From positions 1 through 45,544 of IMG/VR virus record IMGVR_UViG_3300014205_000077: a stretch of DNA of 45,544 bases; one strand, 5' to 3'. The translations under genes and the position numbers were made by a program. The notes under the pieces are model-generated. The model saw only the letters and a list, made by a program, of their open reading frames with translations. It did not search any database and was not told where the DNA came from. This document shows positions 14,925 to 22,702 of the stretch, in pieces; position 1 is the first letter of the stretch, and every line of letters starts with the position of its first letter. This stretch comes from a virus.

Positions 14925-15236
14925 TTATTCTTTCAATATAATTAAACCTTTATCGCCAGAGCCAGAGCCAGAGCAATCGCCAGAGCCATCGTCAGAGCCA
15001 TCGCCAGAGCCAGAGCCAGAGCCATCGCCAGAGCCATCGCCAGAGCCATCGCCAGAGCCATAGCCATCGCCAGAGCCATAGCCATCGCCAGAGCCATAAC
15101 CAGAGCCATCGCCAGAGCCATCGCCAGAGCCATCGCCATCGCCAGAGCTATCGCCATCGCCATAGCCATAACCAGAGCTATAGCCATAACCAGAGCCATC
15201 GCCAGAGCCATCGCCATCGTTTTTTATTTTTTCCAT
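14925..15236 (-). CDS. hyper-acidic Gly/Asp/Ser/Tyr repeat protein, (GDGSG)n, about 103 aa
   Basis: MEKIKNDGDGSGDGSGYGY...GSGDGSGDGSG...; RBS AAGGGGAG before ATG 15236; underlying 6/12-nt DNA periodicity. Confidence 0.6.
   Translation of the reverse strand: MEKIKNDGDGSGDGSGYGYSSGYGYGDGDSSGDGDGSGDGSGDGSGYGSGDGYGSGDGYGSGDGSGDGSGDGSGSGSGDGSDDGSGDCSGSGSGDKGLIILKE
14946..15218. repeat. degenerate 6/12-nt tandem repeat (gccagagccatc-like) encoding (GDGSG)n
   Basis: Visible periodicity across about 270 nt. Confidence 0.9.
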
Positions 15237-15610
15237 ATCGCAACTCCCCTTATGCTTATCCTTGCCTGTTCTGTGCAAGGTATTATCTCTATTGCTTCTG
15301 TTAAAATTATTCTTGTAACTTCACAAGGAAATTTACAAGAATTTGGATTTGCCACCCCATCCATTGCTAATTGAGACAAAGAAGCCGCACCATTCCAATA
15401 CCATAACCTTCTGGCATTCTTCATTTCAACTTCTTTCCCATTCCTTTTGACTAAATTCCCTGCAAAAACACCTGCGGATTGTGTTCTAACTACAACATAA
15501 TCCTTTTCTACCTTTTTAGAGACAGAAACTGAATCTAATGGAATGTATTTTTTCCCATTTATTTCCACAACATTCCCACCTGTTTCTTTTATACTCAATC
15601 CTTTAATCAT
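15224..15610 (-). CDS. conserved-looking hypothetical protein (128 aa)
   Basis: GGGAGG RBS favours ATG 15610; contains ARRLWYWNGAASLSQLAMDG. Confidence 0.6.
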   Translation of the reverse strand: MIKGLSIKETGGNVVEINGKKYIPLDSVSVSKKVEKDYVVVRTQSAGVFAGNLVKRNGKEVEMKNARRLWYWNGAASLSQLAMDGVANPNSCKFPCEVTRIILTEAIEIIPCTEQARISIRGVAIWKK

Positions 15611-15623
15611 TTCAATCACCTCC

Positions 15624-15785
15624 CTACTTATCTAATTTATCGGTTATTATATTTTTACCCTCAACACATTTCAAACACAATTCCATCTCTGGGTCTATTC
15701 CACCCAACTTTAGTTCTTCTAATATCTTCTTCATTTCATTTCTATCGCAATTTAGACAGAAATAATCCTGTTGCTTTGAACCCAT
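15624..15785 (-). CDS. small zinc-ribbon protein (53 aa)
   Basis: My translation MGSKQQDYFCLNCDRNEMKKILEELKLGGIDPEMELCLKCVEGKNIITDKLDK; RBS AAGGAGGAGAT-ATG. Confidence 0.45.
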   Translation of the reverse strand: MGSKQQDYFCLNCDRNEMKKILEELKLGGIDPEMELCLKCVEGKNIITDKLDK

Positions 15786-15794
15786 ATCTCCTCC

Positions 15795-15935
15795 TTACTT
15801 ATTGTTATACAATTCCAGTATTAAATGTTCTACTATGTGCAATTCCAAATCCTTAGTTGACATTCCAAGATGCTTATGTTCTTCAATCAATTCTTCTATT
15901 CTCTTTTTTGTTTTCTTATTTATTATTTCTTTCAT
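15795..15935 (-). CDS. small charged protein (46 aa)
   Basis: My translation MKEIINKKTKKRIEELIEEHKHLGMSTKDLELHIVEHLILELYNNK; G-rich RBS. Confidence 0.35.
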   Translation of the reverse strand: MKEIINKKTKKRIEELIEEHKHLGMSTKDLELHIVEHLILELYNNK

Positions 15936-16217
15936 TATTCCCCCCTTCTAATTCTTTTTGTAATATTAACCTAAATTTGCTACTTTTATCCTTGAATTTA
16001 CTATCTTCTTTATTGATTAATTTATCTGTTATTTTATTTATTATTATATCCATATTTTCCTATTATTTGCCCACGATTCACATCGTTGGTCTATTTGTTA
16101 TCCTAATGAACTATACACCAAACAATTCCTGCAATGACTAATATCCAAACCACTCCTAACAATCCACCCGCTACACAACTATCCATAAATTCACAAAAGT
16201 TCTTGTTTCTATTCATA

Positions 16218-16400
16218 TCACACCTCTACTATTTTTGTTCCATTCCAGAATATTTTTATTGACTTAACTGTATTCTTGCATTCTGTTCTAAAAGGGCAAG
16301 AACCACATCCTATTCTCTTCTTCATAGTGCAATCTATCCTAACTTCTCTCCTAAACTTATTCTTTATTGCCCTAAGCACTAATTCGTATGTTATTTCCAT
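16218..16400 (-). CDS. Cys-rich small protein (60 aa)
   Basis: CGSCPFRTEC motif. Confidence 0.5.
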   Translation of the reverse strand: MEITYELVLRAIKNKFRREVRIDCTMKKRIGCGSCPFRTECKNTVKSIKIFWNGTKIVEV

Positions 16401-16407
16401 ATATTCC

Positions 16408-16572
16408 TTAGTCTATTTTGTGTTCCGCACATCTATAAGTGGGAACATTTATCGTCTCCCCAACCAATATTCCAATTCTATCCCCATTGTCATCAAGTTC
16501 TTCCACAATCCACGCTTGGAAGTAGCTATATTTTGCATCCTTGATGCAATCTTTATGTTCACATTTTGGCAT
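16408..16572 (-). CDS. small Cys protein (54 aa)
   Basis: My translation MPKCEHKDCIKDAKYSYFQAWIVEELDDNGDRIGILVGETINVPTYRCAEHKID; RBS GAGGAGGAATA-ATG. Confidence 0.45.
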   Translation of the reverse strand: MPKCEHKDCIKDAKYSYFQAWIVEELDDNGDRIGILVGETINVPTYRCAEHKID

Positions 16573-16702
16573 TATTCCTCCTCGTTGTTATCCTCAAAGT
16601 TCTTTTCCAAATCCTTATTAAAGTCCCTATTCAACCTTAGTTGAATACTATCCATAATTACATCTGCATCCATTTTAACTCCTATCCTACATTAACAATG
16701 GT

Positions 16703-16840
16703 TTATAAATCGTCTGCCATTCCTGTCCTAACTTCCATTACTACTAAATGCCCCACATATTCATTGAAATAAAAAATTGGGCGATTCTTCTCTGTGGTGT
16801 TCTCTTGCGCATAACTTCCCACACAATATCCTATTTCCAT
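16703..16840 (-). CDS. small protein (45 aa), first ORF after the terminator
   Basis: My translation MEIGYCVGSYAQENTTEKNRPIFYFNEYVGHLVVMEVRTGMADDL; RBS GGGAGGTGG. Confidence 0.35.
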   Translation of the reverse strand: MEIGYCVGSYAQENTTEKNRPIFYFNEYVGHLVVMEVRTGMADDL

Positions 16841-16910
16841 AAAAACCACCTCCCTATCCTATTTTCTCTATTCCTATTTATTGTTTATAATTTGACTACT
16901 CATAAGAAAA

Positions 16911-16946
16911 GGGAAACCATAAGATTTTGACATCCTATGATTTCCC
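16911..16946 (-). terminator. rho-independent terminator for the orphan gene 16970..17479
   Basis: 15-bp stem GGGAAAUCAUAGGAU/AUCUUAUGGUUUCCC (two G-U pairs on the minus-strand RNA only), 6-nt loop, then UUUUCUUAU. Confidence 0.7.
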
Positions 16947-16969
16947 TTCTTTTACTTCTTATTTCTTAC

Positions 16970-17479
16970 TTATTCAGGAAAAGCAATCATTAAGTCCGAA
17001 ATTGCCTTTTTATGCCCTTCAATAGCCGTTTTCAATGTTGTTTGTTTAACGACATCGGTTTCCAATAGTAAACTTGCATTAAGCTTGTTTAAGCTTGAAT
17101 TCAAGTCTCTTGCTCGTATAATCCCAGAAGGAGTTGAAACCCAGTTACCATATTTGACAACTTTTTCAAGTCGTATAGTTTTTGCAGTTTCATAGTCAAG
17201 AACCACTGAATTCAAACCCCTACAAAGTAAATCTATTGGGCTATAATTCCCAATTCCGCCTTCTTTATTTTTGGGAAAACCAAACTTTTTCTCAAAATCA
17301 GAGTTTACTTTTTGCAATGTTTCAATTACTTCGTTGCAGCAAGTAAATTCACTTCCAATTATGTCAAAGTCCAAAACTTCTGAAGTCGCTATATCAATTT
17401 GAGAAATTGCAACTTTGCAAATCTGCTTAGACTTACTTCCGAAAGGTTTTGAGTCTGTGGTTTTTAAGTTTGTAAGCAT
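16970..17479 (-). CDS. orphan hypothetical protein (169 aa) with its own promoter/operator and terminator
   Basis: Isolated transcription unit; no motif recognised. Confidence 0.65.
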   Translation of the reverse strand: MLTNLKTTDSKPFGSKSKQICKVAISQIDIATSEVLDFDIIGSEFTCCNEVIETLQKVNSDFEKKFGFPKNKEGGIGNYSPIDLLCRGLNSVVLDYETAKTIRLEKVVKYGNWVSTPSGIIRARDLNSSLNKLNASLLLETDVVKQTTLKTAIEGHKKAISDLMIAFPE

Positions 17480-17532
17480 TTTTTTACCCTCTGAAAGTTT
17501 GAACTAAAATTTGTCAAATCGTTAAATTTAAT

Positions 17533-17561
17533 TATTTAACATAATTGACAAAATTTGTCAA
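17533..17561 (-). promoter_or_regulatory. sigma70-like promoter (TTGACA-17-TAAATA) overlapped by a 17-bp perfect palindrome TTGACAAA-A-TTTGTCAA (17545-17561)
   Basis: Read directly; a further TTGACAAA half-site lies at 17510-17517 in the leader. Confidence 0.6.
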
Positions 17562-17732
17562 CTTTCAAATCTTATATAAATTTCAAATAAACTAATTTTT
17601 AGCTTTATTGCCTTGCAACAGTTTATAGTATTATAGTAATTAGTCAATATATTTTTTATAAACTCCCTGAAAACCTTTACAAACAAAGGAAAAAAAGTTT
17701 AATTTATTATTTTAATAGTGTTTTTAACTTGC

Positions 17733-17757
17733 TTGACACTATTGACAAGCCTTGACA
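17733..17757 (+). repeat. three direct TTGACA(A/C) repeats spaced 9-10 bp apart (iteron-like)
   Basis: gcTTGACActaTTGACAagccTTGACAagt; no suitably spaced -10 element after any copy. Confidence 0.6.
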
Positions 17758-17920
17758 AGTTTAACGAGCTTAAAACACTGATAAACAGTGGAGAAAAAAT
17801 GAAAGTTCGTAAAGCTTTGTCAATAAAGGATAATTTTTATAGTATAACTGTAAACAGTGATTTTATATGTATATTACAAACAATAAAAAACAAGTGTATT
17901 AGTGTCTTAATACAGTATTT

Positions 17921-17949
17921 TTGACAAGAAAGCTAATTGCTTATATATA
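17921..17949 (+). promoter_or_regulatory. rightward sigma70-like promoter (TTGACA-17-TATATA) inside the non-coding block
   Basis: TTGACAagaaagctaattgcttaTATATA; no plus-strand ORF of 60 aa or more (the track cut-off) within about 1.5 kb downstream. Confidence 0.45.
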
Positions 17950-18612
17950 TAATGGATAGTTAATATATACAACCGTAAGGGATTCCAGCAGATTTTGGCT
18001 TACTTAGTATATTTGGTAAGCATTGACAGATTAGTAAGAAGTTTTTAAGAAGTAAGGCATTTATAAATCGTAAATCATTAGTTGACTTGTTATACTTATT
18101 ATCTTATGTAGTAAATTCAATGTTTGGCAATACAAAGCATTTTATTATTAAAAAGTTAGAGCTAAAAACTGAATCGGCTGGTAAACACTATAGAAGGAGG
18201 TTTTGTTTTTGTTTACATCGTATTTAATTGTATTACATCATAATATTTACAATATCTAACAGAATGATACCCACCGAAGTGGTATCTATCGTATATGTAT
18301 GTAACCCTAAAAATATACGACCAAAACAAAGATAGTAATAGACAGCCCCGAATGCCAGTGTGGGTAGTGTATAGGGGCAGTAATGATTAACAACCTTCTT
18401 TTTTAAGTAATTAAATACTAACAGAAGGGAATGATTAAAAAATAACAAATATTGATATATATGACATATACTTTATAGTGCGGGGCGAAATAACTATACT
18501 ATGATTATGTTCTTTTGTCAAGTAAAATTATTAGTAGTATGATGTAGGTTGGGACTCTGTATAGTAATTTAGTTAGTAGGTAGTTAGAAAGAGGGGTATT
18601 TTTAGCTATAAG

Positions 18613-18792
18613 CTATGTGTAGTCTGGTCTTACTTCCCTTTTAGAGACTAAAGAGAAAAGAGGGGATTGAGATGAGGGGGCAATTAAAGGGAGATGGGGA
18701 GAGGTGGTTTCTAACTCCTTAATATAAGCGTCAACGCAGGTAGCGTCAAGGATATCTATCTGGCGTTGTTGTTCTTGTTGTTCGGGCGTCAT
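18613..18792 (-). CDS. small protein (59 aa)
   Basis: My translation MTPEQQEQQRQIDILDATCVDAYIKELETTSPHLPLIAPSSQSPLFSLVSKREVRPDYT; ATGA-coupled. Confidence 0.35.
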   Translation of the reverse strand: MTPEQQEQQRQIDILDATCVDAYIKELETTSPHLPLIAPSSQSPLFSLVSKREVRPDYT

Positions 18793-18935
18793 CGTTTAAT
18801 CTCTATTATTAAGTCCTTTCCCCAAGTATGTTCAACTACTTTACTACCTACAGGTATGATTATATTGCGTGTTTCATAGATATCGCCCTCGTCTATGGTT
18901 AAGATTGCTTCCTTAGTTATTACCTTTTCATTCAC
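18789..18935 (-). CDS. small protein (48 aa, GTG start)
   Basis: AAGGAGAACG-GTG; translation (M)NEKVITKEAILTIDEGDIYETRNIIIPVGSKVVEHTWGKDLIIEIKR. Confidence 0.3.
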   Translation of the reverse strand: MNEKVITKEAILTIDEGDIYETRNIIIPVGSKVVEHTWGKDLIIEIKR

Positions 18936-18952
18936 CGTTCTCCTTATTTAAT

Positions 18953-19029
18953 TGGGGTAAGGGGTGGGAATTAGACCAACGATTACTTGTTTCACAGACA
19001 AGCGCCTTATCCACTTGGCTACCCTTACC
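18953..19029 (-). tRNA. tRNA-His (anticodon GUG) with encoded G-1 and 3' CCA
   Basis: Hand-folded cloverleaf: G-1, acceptor GTAAGGG/CCCTTAC, D-loop AGTGGATA, anticodon stem CTTGT/ACAAG with loop CTGTGAA, T-arm GTTGG-TCTAATT-CCCAC (one mismatch), C73, CCA. Confidence 0.75.
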
Positions 19030-19039
19030 ACTTCTTATT

Positions 19040-19249
19040 CTATATCTCCTGTTCTAATAAATTAATAGCAATTCTAACGTCATTCATTTCATACTTAATT
19101 TTTTCCCTATTGGTTGTTTTGCTTGGGTCATTTGGATTGTAGTTGTCTATTCCAAATCTCTTTGCCTTAATTAACACCTTTGTAAGTTCTGCACATTCTT
19201 CTATGACGTGGTCATCTGTTCTCCCAATATGTATATATTTATCGTTCAT
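19040..19249 (-). CDS. small all-alpha protein, possibly MazG-like NTP pyrophosphohydrolase (69 aa)
   Basis: RBS AAAGGAGATAAT-ATG at 19249; HVIEECAELTKVLIKAKRFG resembles the MazG EExxE helix. Confidence 0.35.
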   Translation of the reverse strand: MNDKYIHIGRTDDHVIEECAELTKVLIKAKRFGIDNYNPNDPSKTTNREKIKYEMNDVRIAINLLEQEI

Positions 19250-19331
19250 ATTATCTCCTTTCAATAGCCGCTGTTTATTATTGGGACAGCGACTGAACCC
19301 TTTGTAGGACACCTACTTTTAGTAGATATCT

Positions 19332-19403
19332 AGCCACTGGGGAGAATCGGACTCCCAGTCCCCTGTTTACAAAACAGGCGCTTGTCCATTAAGCTACAGT
19401 GGC
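19332..19403 (-). tRNA. tRNA-Thr (anticodon UGU)
   Basis: Perfect cloverleaf: GCCACTG-TA-GCTT-AATGGAC-AAGC-G-CCTGT-TTTGTAA-ACAGG-GGACT-GGGAG-TCCGATT-CTCCC-CAGTGGC-T. Confidence 0.85.
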
Positions 19404-19409
19404 GGTTTG

Positions 19410-19571
19410 TTATAGCGTCTCTATTGAACGTTCCCATATAATATGATTGACCTTAATGTCTCCCTCTTTCCACTTATGCCACTTTCCATCCTGTGTCGCA
19501 TAATACCAAGTCTTACCCTTTAACTGTATCTTGTATGGGTAAGGCAGTTTCTTTGTTTTTTGTTTTGGCAT
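19410..19571 (-). CDS. small basic protein (53 aa)
   Basis: Strong RBS CAGGAGGCAAGAG-ATG; translation MPKQKTKKLPYPYKIQLKGKTWYYATQDGKWHKWKEGDIKVNHIIWERSIETL. Confidence 0.4.
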   Translation of the reverse strand: MPKQKTKKLPYPYKIQLKGKTWYYATQDGKWHKWKEGDIKVNHIIWERSIETL

Positions 19572-19728
19572 CTCTTGCCTCCTGGTCTAACTTAGGATAT
19601 ACACACTTACATATTACAAACTTCTCTGTTACTCCGAATGGTATAATAAAAGTTATATATCCTCTCCCCCAACACTTATTGCATTTCGGATTAGCCAACT
19701 CTTTTGCTTTCCCTAATGTTATATTCAT
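19513..19728 (-). CDS. small Cys-rich protein (71 aa)
   Basis: CNKCWGRGY (CxxCxGxG-like) ... CKC. Confidence 0.45.
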   Translation of the reverse strand: MNITLGKAKELANPKCNKCWGRGYITFIIPFGVTEKFVICKCVYPKLDQEARDAKTKNKETALPIQDTVKG

Positions 19729-19827
19729 AGTTTCCTTTTACTGCGGATGGGGAGAGCGTATGTAGCGGTAATTAACACGCCTTTCTTTATATACGACATC
19801 TCCCCCTTTTCTATTGAATCCCGCATA

Positions 19828-20076
19828 TTATAGTTCTTTCATCCTCTTTACGCTTTTCAATGCTAACTTCTTGCTTCTGTTCATCTCTCGTAACATCTTA
19901 TTCGTAGAGTCTATGTTAAGGGTAATGCTTGTAACAGAGGCAGAGATAAACGTTCTGTGGGACAACAACTCTTTTATTACTCCTCTATTAGAAGCAATGA
20001 GAGAATTAACCCTACTCATAAGGACAATCACTACTCCTATAAACATTATAACTAAAGTCGTAATTATATTGTCCAT
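19828..20076 (-). CDS. membrane protein (82 aa)
   Basis: N-terminal TM IITTLVIMFIGVVIVLM. Confidence 0.5.
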   Translation of the reverse strand: MDNIITTLVIMFIGVVIVLMSRVNSLIASNRGVIKELLSHRTFISASVTSITLNIDSTNKMLREMNRSKKLALKSVKRMKEL

Positions 20077-20085
20077 TATCCCCCC

Positions 20086-20358
20086 TTACATCTGCAACTG
20101 CCCGCCAATCAATTCATTGTATCTTGCCATCACTGCACTTAACAAATCCCCCTTATCGCTTTCTCCAAAAGAGAAGTAATGATATTTTGTATAGTTTCCC
20201 TCTTTATCTTTCTGCACTGGAGTTCCTATAAACATTCCCTCGTTGCCCTCAACTAAAGACATTGAGTATAGGTTTATTCCATTACAGGTAGCGCTACAAA
20301 ACGCCTTGCACTTCCCATCTCCCTTTACTAAATTCACTTTCACATTCTCTACAGTCAT
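20086..20358 (-). CDS. spoVG: SpoVG-family protein
   Basis: VENVKVNLVKGDGKCKAFCSATCNG...LVEGNEGMFIGTPVQKDKEGNY follows the SpoVG N-terminal domain pattern. Confidence 0.55.
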   Translation of the reverse strand: MTVENVKVNLVKGDGKCKAFCSATCNGINLYSMSLVEGNEGMFIGTPVQKDKEGNYTKYHYFSFGESDKGDLLSAVMARYNELIGGQLQM

Positions 20359-20370
20359 TCTTTCCCCCTT

Positions 20371-21867
20371 TTAATAACCCGCATTCCCAAAATAATTTGT
20401 TCTATTAAAATATTCTCCCTCTTGTTCTGCTTTCCCTGGGATAAACTCATTCATTTCTATTGCACCATACTGGTCGCATTCCATAATGTGTTCATAATAA
20501 CCGTCTTTCATTGGTTTGTCTTGCTTTTTATCATATAAATAACAACCTTTCATTGCCTCTATTGTAATAGGACAACGGTTTTTGTCAACAAAATATTTAC
20601 CAGAGTTCATCCATTCCTGTATTATCTTCACTCTGTCATTAGGAGACATCCACCTATGAGTCGGATGTATGCCAAAACCCTCAAGTATCCCTATAGAAGT
20701 AACCTCTGATTTGTCAGAACTCTGTTGTCCAGCAGGGTCGCACTGGTCTTCCCATCTTGCATTTGGAAATAAGCCAGCGATATCTTCCAACACTACTTTT
20801 ATAAACTCTGACAACACTATCTTAAACCCCATCCATTCTTTTAACTTAACTTTTTCGTTATTTCTATTTATTTTCCATATGCAACACGCAGGTCTAATGT
20901 AACCAAAATCCCACTGTCTCCATAAGATGTCCCCCTCAACATAACATCTATCGTCTCCCAAGTCTATTGTCGTATCTATTGCCATTTCATCTTTCCATAG
21001 AGACGCAAAAACTGGAGTCCCCTGCACTTTCGTAAAGTCTATTTCATATTCTTGTCTAAATTGGTCGTAAGGCATTCCCTCTAATACGAGTTTCTTCCAT
21101 TTCTCACTTCTCTTTGTCTCATCCGCAGTATAATGCAAGAACATACAACGAAATTTGTTGATTTCATTTGTCCAACATCTAATGCCAGTGTCCGTATTCG
21201 GAAAGATACTCTGTTTGTGCCCATCAAATAATGACTTATAAAAGAACGTTTCCCCATTTGGAGACGAAATTCCAGTGTATCTACCAGTTGTCCCCAATGT
21301 TGGTAACGCAGAAGTGAACGCTTCCTGCGCATTTTCTTGGAAAGCTAACTCATCGGCAAGAATACCTGTTGACGTGTAGGTTCTTGGACTATCACTATCT
21401 TGAGATATTGCGTGTATGGTTGAATTGTTAGTAACTATCTTAAACATTGGTGGTTGTTTGCTTGTTTTTACCTCATACATATCTTGTATTGACTTAGGTA
21501 ACTGTTTATACATATATATTACCCTTGACAATAGAGATAACGGACTATCAAAACCAGCCATTTCTTCCTTTTTGCTCTGGAAGAAGATATAAGAGCCAGG
21601 CTTTGATAAACATTCCCACAAATACAATGCACAAAACAACCAAGAACACATAAGTTGACGAGATTTAGCTATTAACAACCTACGATTGTTTTTCCATTCC
21701 TCTGTTGTCCTTCTTAAATACCTTTTGTTAGGGAATCTATGCCTACCACCGCTCTGCGGGTCAAAGGTATACACAAAATGAGTTAAGAAAAACCACGGGT
21801 CTCGCATTGCCAATTCCCATTCAAGTCGTAGTTTCTTTAATTGTAATTGGTCGTCAAGTGTTATCAT
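20371..21867 (-). CDS. terL: terminase large subunit
   Basis: 498 aa; LLIAKSRQLMCSW ATPase-region segment, Walker B-like GILADELAF, C-terminal nuclease-like half; sits next to a small-terminase-like gene. Confidence 0.8.
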   Translation of the reverse strand: MITLDDQLQLKKLRLEWELAMRDPWFFLTHFVYTFDPQSGGRHRFPNKRYLRRTTEEWKNNRRLLIAKSRQLMCSWLFCALYLWECLSKPGSYIFFQSKKEEMAGFDSPLSLLSRVIYMYKQLPKSIQDMYEVKTSKQPPMFKIVTNNSTIHAISQDSDSPRTYTSTGILADELAFQENAQEAFTSALPTLGTTGRYTGISSPNGETFFYKSLFDGHKQSIFPNTDTGIRCWTNEINKFRCMFLHYTADETKRSEKWKKLVLEGMPYDQFRQEYEIDFTKVQGTPVFASLWKDEMAIDTTIDLGDDRCYVEGDILWRQWDFGYIRPACCIWKINRNNEKVKLKEWMGFKIVLSEFIKVVLEDIAGLFPNARWEDQCDPAGQQSSDKSEVTSIGILEGFGIHPTHRWMSPNDRVKIIQEWMNSGKYFVDKNRCPITIEAMKGCYLYDKKQDKPMKDGYYEHIMECDQYGAIEMNEFIPGKAEQEGEYFNRTNYFGNAGY

Positions 21868-21868
21868 A

Positions 21869-22333
21869 TTATTGTTCCACTGTTGTCTTTTTCATTGTAA
21901 GTTTTACTTCTGTTATTTCTTTTTTAAGTTCTGCATCTGTCAATTTCTCATAAGAACGATTCTGTCTCATAGATTCGTCAAACTCTTTAACCATTGGTAT
22001 CTTATCAACAAGAACTCCAAGAGCAATAGTTAATGTTTTTAAGTTCTCATCGTCTGCGCCCTCTGAAATTCTTTTGTGTATTACAGATATAAGCCCCTCA
22101 ACGGAAGAATTGATTTCGTCAATCATCTTGCTGGAACTTCTTATTAACTTATTTCTATTCTTCTCAAGTATTTCCCACACCTCTACGATTTCAAGCCCAA
22201 GCTTAGTAGATATGTCTATGTAAGACTTTCCATTCATCCACCATTGGGTAACGTTCTTAACGTCTCCACCCAATATATTCTTCCCAGTAGATAACTGTAT
22301 TATTTCATTTTCTTTATTAACCAATGTTTTCAT
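21869..22333 (-). CDS. putative terminase small subunit (HTH-containing)
   Basis: Immediately upstream of terL; WWMNGKSYIDISTKLGLEIVEVWEIL HTH-like segment. Confidence 0.45.
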   Translation of the reverse strand: MKTLVNKENEIIQLSTGKNILGGDVKNVTQWWMNGKSYIDISTKLGLEIVEVWEILEKNRNKLIRSSSKMIDEINSSVEGLISVIHKRISEGADDENLKTLTIALGVLVDKIPMVKEFDESMRQNRSYEKLTDAELKKEITEVKLTMKKTTVEQ

Positions 22334-22548
22334 TATTCTTCCTCTGGCACATATTTATACAATCCATATTCTTCTGGCAACTTACCACTCTTAAAACAAA
22401 TTACTCTTAATTTCTTTCTATATCTCCACTTAACTTCATTCCTTCCCATTTCCCATCCGCTTACTAACTGCTTAGAGATATGGAGCAAGTCAGCCATTTC
22501 CGTCTGGCTCATTCCAATATCTCTACGCAGTTGTCTTACGTTTACCAT
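22333..22548 (-). CDS. XRE-family helix-turn-helix regulator
   Basis: LRRDIGMSQTEMADLLHISKQLVSGWEMGRNEV. Confidence 0.8.
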   Translation of the reverse strand: MVNVRQLRRDIGMSQTEMADLLHISKQLVSGWEMGRNEVKWRYRKKLRVICFKSGKLPEEYGLYKYVPEEE

Positions 22549-22702
22549 TTCGGCTCTACTGGTTTTCTACTTTTTTTTCAGCAATTTTTAACTCACTTAG
22601 GAAATTGCGCCCCTTTACTACCGTTATCTCTGCTACTGGTCTCGTTTTTTCTGCAACTGCTACTGCGCCTTTTTCTTCATCCATTCTTTCCCCCTATTTT
22701 CA

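Noticed and set aside
14942-15217. 91-aa ORF of (AMAL)n in another frame of the GDGSG repeat.
   Set aside because: It is a frame artefact of the 6/12-nt periodic repeat. It has no RBS, whereas the GDGSG frame has AAGGGGAG-N7-ATG and fits the operon spacing.
10679-15218. Tandem repeats (the 21-bp x3.5 repeat and the GDGSG-encoding repeat) could be CRISPR arrays.
   Set aside because: There are no unique spacers between copies. The repeats are contiguous and lie in-frame within coding sequences.
18953-19029. Plus-strand reading of the first tRNA locus as tRNA-Val (CAC).
   Set aside because: On the plus strand the GG-containing D-loop-like arm would sit in the T-arm position. Only the minus-strand fold gives AGTGGATA in the D-loop, G-1/C73 and a 3' CCA.
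18953-19403. The phage tRNAs could act as suppressors of the in-frame stops.
   Set aside because: The hand-folded anticodons are GUG (His) and UGU (Thr), and neither pairs with UAA.
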